Positions 57,432 to 64,000 of a stretch of 64,000 nucleotides of DNA are shown here, piece by piece. Origin of the DNA: Ranitomeya imitator. Taxonomy: Eukaryota. A program made the translations under genes and the position numbers. The notes beneath the pieces were generated by a model that saw nothing but the letters and a program-made list of their open reading frames with translations, searched no databases and had not been told where the DNA came from. Where the stretch lies: contig NC_091282.1 of assembly GCF_032444005.1 (NCBI RefSeq), forward strand, positions 332,258,001 to 332,322,000, in the 5' to 3' direction. Numbering within the stretch: the stretch's first letter is position 1; the number at the start of each line of letters is the position of its first letter.

Positions 57432-58234
57432 TGTTGTGAATTCTGTGGCAGAGCTCCCTCCTGTGGTCACAAGTGGTACTTTGGCTGATTCTCTCTGTGA
57501 GCTTCTGTTGGTGGAGGGAAGTGGTACTGCGGCTTCTGAGTTTCCTCCCTCAGGTGATCTGGTGAGGTCGTTAGGTGCTTCTCTACTTAACTCCACCTAA
57601 TGCTTTGATCCTGGCTTCCTGTCAATGTTCCAGTGTTGGACTTGCTTTTCCCTGGATCATTCCTGTGGCCTGCTGCTCTGCATAGCTAAGTTCTTCTTTG
57701 CTATTTGTTTGCTATTTTTTCTGTCCAGCTTGTCTATTTTGTTGCTGGAAGCTCTGGGACGCAAAGGGTGTACCTCCGTGCCGTTAGTTCGGTACGGAGG
57801 GTCTTTTTGCCCCCTTTGCGTGGTTTTCTTTAGGGTTTTGTGTAGACCGCAAAGTTACCTTTTCTATCCTCGATCTGTTAAGAAAGTCGGGCCTCACTTT
57901 GCTGAATCTATTTCATCTCTACGTTTGTCTTTTCATCTTAACTCACAGTCATTATATGTGGGGGGCTGCCTTTTCCTTTGGGGTATTTCTCTGAGGCAAG
58001 GTAGGCTTATTTTCTATCTTCAGGCTAGTTAGTTTCTCAGGCTGTGCCGAGTTGCATAGGCAGAGTTAGGCGCAATCCACGGCTGCCTCTAGTGTTGTTT
58101 GGAGAGGATTAGGGATTGCGGTCTGCAGAGTTCCCACGTCTCAGAGCTCGTTCTATGATTTTGGGTTATTGTCAGATCACTGTATGTGCTCTGACCGCTA
58201 TGTCCATTGTAGTACTGAATTGCCTTTCATAACA
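57432..58234 (+). repeat. Gypsy C 5' LTR
   Basis: Direct repeat of 62435-63237 with about 6 differences seen. Confidence 0.97.
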
Positions 58235-58256
58235 GTACAGGAAGCCAAAAGTACTA

Positions 58257-61200
58257 ATGATTCTCAATAGAGGGAAAGAAGAAGTTCTGAGACCATTTTT
58301 TTTTCTTTGCACTGTGTTTTGCCTTTCTTTTCCCCTAGACATTTGGGTGGTTCAGTACACAGGTGTAGCGATGGACATTAGAAGTCTGTCTTCATTTGTG
58401 GATCAGCTCTCGGCAAGAGTACAAAAGATTCAAGACACTATTGATCAGAAAGCTATGTTGGAACCAAGAATTCCTATTCCTGATTTGTTTTTTGGAGATA
58501 GAACTAAGTTTCTGAGTTTCAAAAATAATTGTAAATTATTTCTGGCCTTGAAACCTCGCTCCTCTGGTGATCCAGTTCAACAGGTTTTGATTGTTATTTC
58601 TTTTTTGCGCGGCGACCCTCAGGACTGGGCATTTTCTCTTGCGCCAGGAGATCCTGCATTGAGTAATATCGATGCGTTTTTCCTGGCGCTCGGATTGCTG
58701 TACGATGAACCTAATTCAGTGGATCAGGCAGAGAAAAATTTGCTGGCTCTTTGTCAGGGTCAGGATGAGATAGAGGTATATTGTCAGAAATTTAGAAAGT
58801 GGTCCGTGCTCACTCAATGGAATGAATCTGCGCTGGCAGCTATGTTCAGAAAGGGTCTCTCTGAAGCCCTTAAGGATGTCATGGTGGGATTTCCTATGCC
58901 TGCTGGTTTGAATGAGTCTATGTCTTTGGCCATTCAGATCGGTCGACGCTTGCGTGAACGTAAATCTGTGCACCATTTGGCGGTATTACCTGAGCTTAAA
59001 CCTGAGCCTATGCAGTGCGATAGGACTTTGACCAGAGTTAAACGGCAAGAACACAGACGTCTGAATGGGCTGTGTTTCTACTGTGGTGATTCCACTCATG
59101 CTATCTCTGATTGTCCTAAGCGCACTAAGCGGTTCGCTAGGTCTGCCACCATTGGTACGGTACAGTCAAAATTTCTTCTGTCCGTTACCTTGATCTGCTC
59201 TTTATCATCGTATTCTGTCATGGCATTTGTGGATTCAGGCGCTGCCCTGAATTTGATGGACTTGGAGTATGCTAAGCGTTGTGGGTTTCTCTTAGAGCCC
59301 TTGCAGTGTCCTATTCCATTGAGAGGAATTGATGCCACGCCTTTGGCCAAGAATAAGCCTCAATACTGGACCCAGCTGACCATGTGCATGGCTCCTGCAC
59401 ATCAGGAGGTTATTCGCTTTCTGGTGTTGCATAATCTGCATGATGTGGTCGTGTTGGGGTTGCCATGGCTACAAGCCCATAATCCAGTATTAGATTGGAA
59501 ATCCATGTCGGTGTCCAGCTGGGGTTGTCAGGGGGTACATGGTGATGTTCCATTTCTGTCAATTTCGTCATCCACCCCTTCTGAGGTCCCAGAGTTCTTG
59601 TCTGATTACCGGGATGTATTTGATGAGCCCAAGTCCGATGCCCTACCTCCGCATAGGGATTGTGATTGTGCTACCAATTTGATTCCTGGTAGTAAATTCC
59701 CAAAAGGTCGACTGTTTAATTTATCCGTGCCTGAGCACGCCGCTATGCGCAGTTATGTGAAGGAATCCCTGGAGAAGGGGCATATTCGCCCGTCATCGTC
59801 ACCATTAGGAGCAGGGTTCTTTTTTGTAGCCAAGAAGGATGGTTCGCTGAGACCTTGTATAGATTACCGCCTTCTAAATAAGATCACGGTTAAATTTCAG
59901 TACCCCTTGCCATTGTTATCTGATTTGTTTGCTCGGATTAAGGGGGCTAGTTGGTTCACCAAGATAGATCTTCGTGGTGCGTATAATCTGGTGCGAATCA
60001 GGCGAGGAGATGAATGGAAAACTGCATTTAATACGCCCGAGGGTCATTTTGAGTATCTAGTGATGCCATTCGGACTTGCCAATGCTCCATCAGTGTTTCA
60101 GTCCTTTATGCATGACATCTTCCGAGAGTACCTGGATAAATTCCTGATTGTGTACTTGGATGACATTTTGATCTTCTCGGATGATTGGGAGTCTCATGTG
60201 AAGCAGGTCAGAACAGTTTTTCAGGTCCTGCGTGCTAATTCTTTGTTTGTGAAGGGATCAAAGTGTCTCTTTGGTGTGCAGAAGGTTTCATTTTTGGGGT
60301 TCATCTTTTCCCCTTCTACTATCGAGATGGATCCTGTTAAGGTCCAAGCCATCCATGATTGGACTCAGCCGACATCTCTGAAAAGTCTGCAAAAGTTCCT
60401 GGGCTTTGCTAATTTTTATCGTCGCTTCATCTGCAATTTTTCTAGTATTGCCAAACCATTGACCGATTTGACCAAGAAGGGTGCTGATTTGGTCAATTGG
60501 TCTTCTGCTGCTGTGGAAGCTTTTCAAGACTTGAAGCGTCGTTTTTCTTCTGCCCCTGTGTTGTGTCAACCAGATGTTTCTCTTCCGTTCCAGGTCGAGG
60601 TTGATGCTTCTGAGATTGGAGCAGGGGCTGTTTTGTCACAGAGAGGTTCTGATTGCTCAGTGATGAAACCATGCGCTTTTTTTTCCAGGAAGTTTTCGCC
60701 TGCTGAGCGAAATTATGATGTGGGCAACCGAGAGTTGCTGGCCATGAAGTGGGCATTCGAGGAGTGGCGTCATTGGCTTGAAGGAGCTAAGCATCGCGTG
60801 GTGGTATTGACTGATCATAAGAACTTGACTTATCTTGAGTCTGCTAAGCGGTTGAATCCTAGACAGGCTCGTTGGTCGCTGTTTTTTGCCCGTTTTGACT
60901 TTGTGATTTCGTACCTTCCGGGCTCTAAAAATGTGAAGGCGGATGCTCTGTCTAGGAGTTTTGTGCCCGACTCTCCGGGTTTGTCTGAGCCGGCGGGTAT
61001 CCTCAAGGAAGGATTAATTGTGTCTGCCATCTCCCCTGATTTGCGGCGGGTGCTGCAAAAATTTCAGGCTAATAAACCTGATCGTTGTCCAGCGGAGAGA
61101 CTGTTTGTCCCTGATAGGTCGACCAATAAAGTTATCTCTGAGGTTCATTGTTCGGTGTTGGCTGGTCATCCTGGAATCTTTGGTACCAGAGAGTTGGTGG

Positions 61201-62603
61201 CTAGATCCTTTTGGTGGCCGTCTCTGTCGCGGGATGTGCGTGTTTTTGTGCAGTTTTGTGGGATTTGTGCTCGGGCTAAGCCCTGCTGTTCTCGTGCCAG
61301 TGGGTTGCTTTTGCCCTTGCCGGTCCCGAAGAGGCCTTGGACACATATCTCTATGGATTTTATTTATGATCTTCCCGTTTCTCAAAAGATGTCAGTCATT
61401 TGGGTGGTCTGTGATCGCTTTTCTAAGATGGTCCATCTTGTACCCTTGTCTAAATTGCCTTCCTCCTCTGATTTGGTGCCATTGTTCTTCCAGCATGTGG
61501 TTCGTTTACATGGCATTCCAGAGAATATCGTTTCTGACAGAGGTTCCCAGTTTGTTTCGAGGTTTTGGCGAGCCTTTTGTGGTAGGATGGGCATTGACTT
61601 GTCTTTTTCCTCGGCTTTCCATCCTCAGACTAATGGCCAGACCGAACGAACCAATCAGACCTTGGAAACATATCTGAGATGCTTTGTTTCTGCCGATCAG
61701 GATGACTGGGTGTCCTTTTTGCCTTTGGCTGAGTTCGCCCTTAATAATCGGGCCAGCTCGGCTACCTTGGTTTCGCCATTTTTCTGCAATTCTGGGTTCC
61801 ATCCTCGTTTCTCTTCAGGACAGGTTGAGTCTTCGGACTGTCCTGGTGTGGATACTGTGGTGGACAGGTTGCAGCAGATTTGGACTTATGTAGTGGACAA
61901 TTTGACCTTGTCCCAGGAGAAGACTCAACGTTTCGCTAATCGCAGACGCCGTGTGGGTCCCCGACTTCGTGTTGGGGATCTGGTTTGGTTATCTTCTCGT
62001 CATATTCCTATGAAGGTTTCCTCTCCTAAGTTTAAACCTCGTTTCATTGGTCCGTATAGGATTTCTGAGGTTCTTAATCCTGTGTCTTTTCGTCTGACCC
62101 TTCCAGATTCTTTTTCCATACATAACGTATTCCATAGGTCATTGTTGCGGAGATACGTGGCACCTATGGTTCCATCTGTTGATCCTCCTGCCCCGGTTTT
62201 GGTGGAGGGGGAATTGGAGTATATTGTGGAGAAGATTTTGGATTCTCGTGTTTCTAGACGGAAACTCCAGTATCTGGTTAAATGGAAGGGTTATGCTCAG
62301 GAAGATAATTCCTGGGGTTTTGCCTCTGATGTCCATGCTCCCGATCTTGTTCGTGCCTTTCATGTGGCTCATCCTGGTCGGCCTGGGGGCTCTGGTGAGG
62401 GTTCGGTGACCCCTCCTCAAGGGGGGGGGGGTACTGTTGTGAATTCTGTGGCAGAGCTCCCTCCTGTGGTCACAAGTGGTACTTCGGCTGATTCTGTCTG
62501 TGAGCTTCTGTTGGTGGAGGGAAGTGGTACTGCGGCTTCTGAGTTTCCTCCCTCAGGTGATCTGGTGAGGTCGTTAGGTGCTTCTCTACTTAACTCCACC
62601 TAA
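58257..62603 (+). CDS. gag-pol: Gag-Pol polyprotein with chromodomain, 1448 aa; likely main start ATG 58371
   Basis: CCHC knuckle, DSGA, YLDD, EVDASE/NRELLA/TDHKNL, HHCC plus DDE, and a KWKGY chromodomain; all catalytic motifs intact. Very similar to the A protein. Confidence 0.96.
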   Translation: MILNRGKEEVLRPFFFLCTVFCLSFPLDIWVVQYTGVAMDIRSLSSFVDQLSARVQKIQDTIDQKAMLEPRIPIPDLFFGDRTKFLSFKNNCKLFLALKPRSSGDPVQQVLIVISFLRGDPQDWAFSLAPGDPALSNIDAFFLALGLLYDEPNSVDQAEKNLLALCQGQDEIEVYCQKFRKWSVLTQWNESALAAMFRKGLSEALKDVMVGFPMPAGLNESMSLAIQIGRRLRERKSVHHLAVLPELKPEPMQCDRTLTRVKRQEHRRLNGLCFYCGDSTHAISDCPKRTKRFARSATIGTVQSKFLLSVTLICSLSSYSVMAFVDSGAALNLMDLEYAKRCGFLLEPLQCPIPLRGIDATPLAKNKPQYWTQLTMCMAPAHQEVIRFLVLHNLHDVVVLGLPWLQAHNPVLDWKSMSVSSWGCQGVHGDVPFLSISSSTPSEVPEFLSDYRDVFDEPKSDALPPHRDCDCATNLIPGSKFPKGRLFNLSVPEHAAMRSYVKESLEKGHIRPSSSPLGAGFFFVAKKDGSLRPCIDYRLLNKITVKFQYPLPLLSDLFARIKGASWFTKIDLRGAYNLVRIRRGDEWKTAFNTPEGHFEYLVMPFGLANAPSVFQSFMHDIFREYLDKFLIVYLDDILIFSDDWESHVKQVRTVFQVLRANSLFVKGSKCLFGVQKVSFLGFIFSPSTIEMDPVKVQAIHDWTQPTSLKSLQKFLGFANFYRRFICNFSSIAKPLTDLTKKGADLVNWSSAAVEAFQDLKRRFSSAPVLCQPDVSLPFQVEVDASEIGAGAVLSQRGSDCSVMKPCAFFSRKFSPAERNYDVGNRELLAMKWAFEEWRHWLEGAKHRVVVLTDHKNLTYLESAKRLNPRQARWSLFFARFDFVISYLPGSKNVKADALSRSFVPDSPGLSEPAGILKEGLIVSAISPDLRRVLQKFQANKPDRCPAERLFVPDRSTNKVISEVHCSVLAGHPGIFGTRELVARSFWWPSLSRDVRVFVQFCGICARAKPCCSRASGLLLPLPVPKRPWTHISMDFIYDLPVSQKMSVIWVVCDRFSKMVHLVPLSKLPSSSDLVPLFFQHVVRLHGIPENIVSDRGSQFVSRFWRAFCGRMGIDLSFSSAFHPQTNGQTERTNQTLETYLRCFVSADQDDWVSFLPLAEFALNNRASSATLVSPFFCNSGFHPRFSSGQVESSDCPGVDTVVDRLQQIWTYVVDNLTLSQEKTQRFANRRRRVGPRLRVGDLVWLSSRHIPMKVSSPKFKPRFIGPYRISEVLNPVSFRLTLPDSFSIHNVFHRSLLRRYVAPMVPSVDPPAPVLVEGELEYIVEKILDSRVSRRKLQYLVKWKGYAQEDNSWGFASDVHAPDLVRAFHVAHPGRPGGSGEGSVTPPQGGGGTVVNSVAELPPVVTSGTSADSVCELLLVEGSGTAASEFPPSGDLVRSLGASLLNST

Positions 62604-63237
62604 TGCTTTGATCCTGGCTTCCTGTCAATGTTCCAGTGTTGGACTTGCTTTTCCCTGGATCATTCCTGTGGCCTGCTGCTCTGCATAGCTAAGTTCTTCT
62701 TTGCTATTTGTTTGCTATTTTTTCTGTCCAGCTTGTCTATTTTGTTGCTGGAAGCTCTGGGACGCAAAGGGTGTACCTCCGTGCCATTATTTCGGTACGG
62801 AGGGTCTTTTTGCCCCCTTTGCGTGGTTTTCTTTAGGGTTTTGTGTAGACCGCAAAGTTACCTTTTCTATCCTCGATCTGTTAAGAAAGTCGGGCCTCAC
62901 TTTGCTGAATCTATTTCATCTCTACGTTTGTCTTTTCATCTTAACTCACAGTCATTATATGTGGGGGGCTGCCTTTTCCTTTGGGGTATTTCTCTGAGGC
63001 AAGGTAGGCTTATTTTCTATCTTCAGGCTAGTTAGTTTCTCAGGCTGTGCCGAGTTGCATAGGCAGAGTTAGGCGCAATCCACGGCTGCCTCTAGTTTTG
63101 TTTGGAGAGGATTAGGGATTGCGGTCTGCAGAGTTGCCACGTCTCAGAGCTCGTTCTATGATTTTGGGTTATTGTCAGATCACTGTATGTGCTCTGACCG
63201 CTATGTCCATTGTAGTACTGAATTGCCTTTCATAACA
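62435..63237 (+). repeat. Gypsy C 3' LTR
   Basis: Follows the PPT; TG...CA ends. Confidence 0.97.
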
Positions 63238-64000
63238 CAGGGCCCTGCGATGAACTGACAGCGGAGGTAATCCTCCGTGATGTATATCCCACCGCCGCTG
63301 CCGGAGAGAGGTCACTTAAGATCATTCTGTCACTGGCAACGCTGTGTGAGAAAATTTCCACGCAGCATTGCCGTAAAGCGAGAGAATGAACTAAGGTAAC
63401 CTCTTCAGCTATGCACTGCAGGAGCCATTATCTCCTGTCAGTGTGTCACTGGAGCACCTTTAGAGCAGTGACCCGATGTGACTGTTCTATATGGGAGATC
63501 GTCTTGGGACACTCGTTATTAATTGGACTGCATCGGACCAGGGAGTATAAGGTTTGTTTATTCATTTTATTTTTTGCAGGTGATCGATGGCTTCGGGGAG
63601 TTGTGGTTGTAAGTATGGTGAAATTAAGAATATTATAAAACTTTTTTCTGGCTGTGTCTTTTTTTCTTTTTGTTTTAACTCTTCACTACTATAGGATTAT
63701 GGGTCGGTGTTTTATTGACAGGTGACATTAACCCCTTATTACCCCACATGCCACTGCTACAGGGCAGTGGGAAAAGAGAGGCTAAGTGCCGGAATTGGTG
63801 CATCTTACAGATGCGCCATTTCTGGGGTGGCTGGGAGCTGGTATTTGTAGCAATATCCATGGCCCCTCTCTAGGCTATGAATATCAGCCAGCAGCTGTCT
63901 GCATAGCCTTTCTGGCTATAAATTATAGGGGGACCCCACGTAATTTTTTTGGGGGGTCCCCCTATTTTAATACCCAGTAATGGCTAAATATACAGCTGGG

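Larger units (their letters stand above)
57432..63237 (+). mobile_element. Ty3/Gypsy chromovirus LTR retrotransposon C, full length, sister subfamily of A
   Basis: 803-bp LTRs at 57432-58234 and 62435-63237, 6-bp TSD CAGGGC, PPT of 11 G. Confidence 0.98.
56008..64000 (-). mobile_element. Probable non-autonomous Helitron (3' end at 56008; 5' end not seen), hosting Gypsy C
   Basis: The minus strand ends ...CCCGATGCGTTAGAATCGGG-CCACCAT-CTAG|T: a hairpin 11 nt before a CTRR terminus followed by T, with no TSD, and an internal minisatellite. Extent beyond Gypsy C is uncertain. Confidence 0.65.

Overview
Eukaryotic, transposon-saturated genomic DNA with no prokaryotic features. The element families look vertebrate, and anuran (frog) origin is my inference from family resemblance. 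Contents: (i) three full-length Ty3/Gypsy chromovirus LTR retrotransposons, each with one long uninterrupted gag-pol ORF (A 7318-13157 +, B 15115-21249 -, C 57432-63237 +); (ii) a decayed but structurally complete DIRS1-type tyrosine-recombinase retrotransposon (~14335-28646, -) with ITRs and ICR, split by Gypsy B and a near-complete piggyBac (22132-24893); (iii) three bounded Tc1 elements plus relics, Tc2/pogo-type MITEs, many PIF/Harbinger-type MITEs, two TTAA-flanked piggyBac-like non-autonomous elements, CR1 LINE pieces, Penelope-like (GIY-YIG) fragments with hammerhead-type motifs, and a probable Helitron 3' end. Several multi-layer nests can be reconstructed from intact target-site duplications. 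Most notable: tRNA-independent self-priming signatures in all three Gypsy elements, with compensatory base changes between A and C; 6-bp TSDs for the A/C lineage; recurrent outward-facing, U1-complementary splice donors in unrelated MITE families; and one apparently intact plus one core-inverted minimal hammerhead. No host gene could be identified with confidence; only weak candidate exons are listed. All coordinates and mismatch counts were read by eye.
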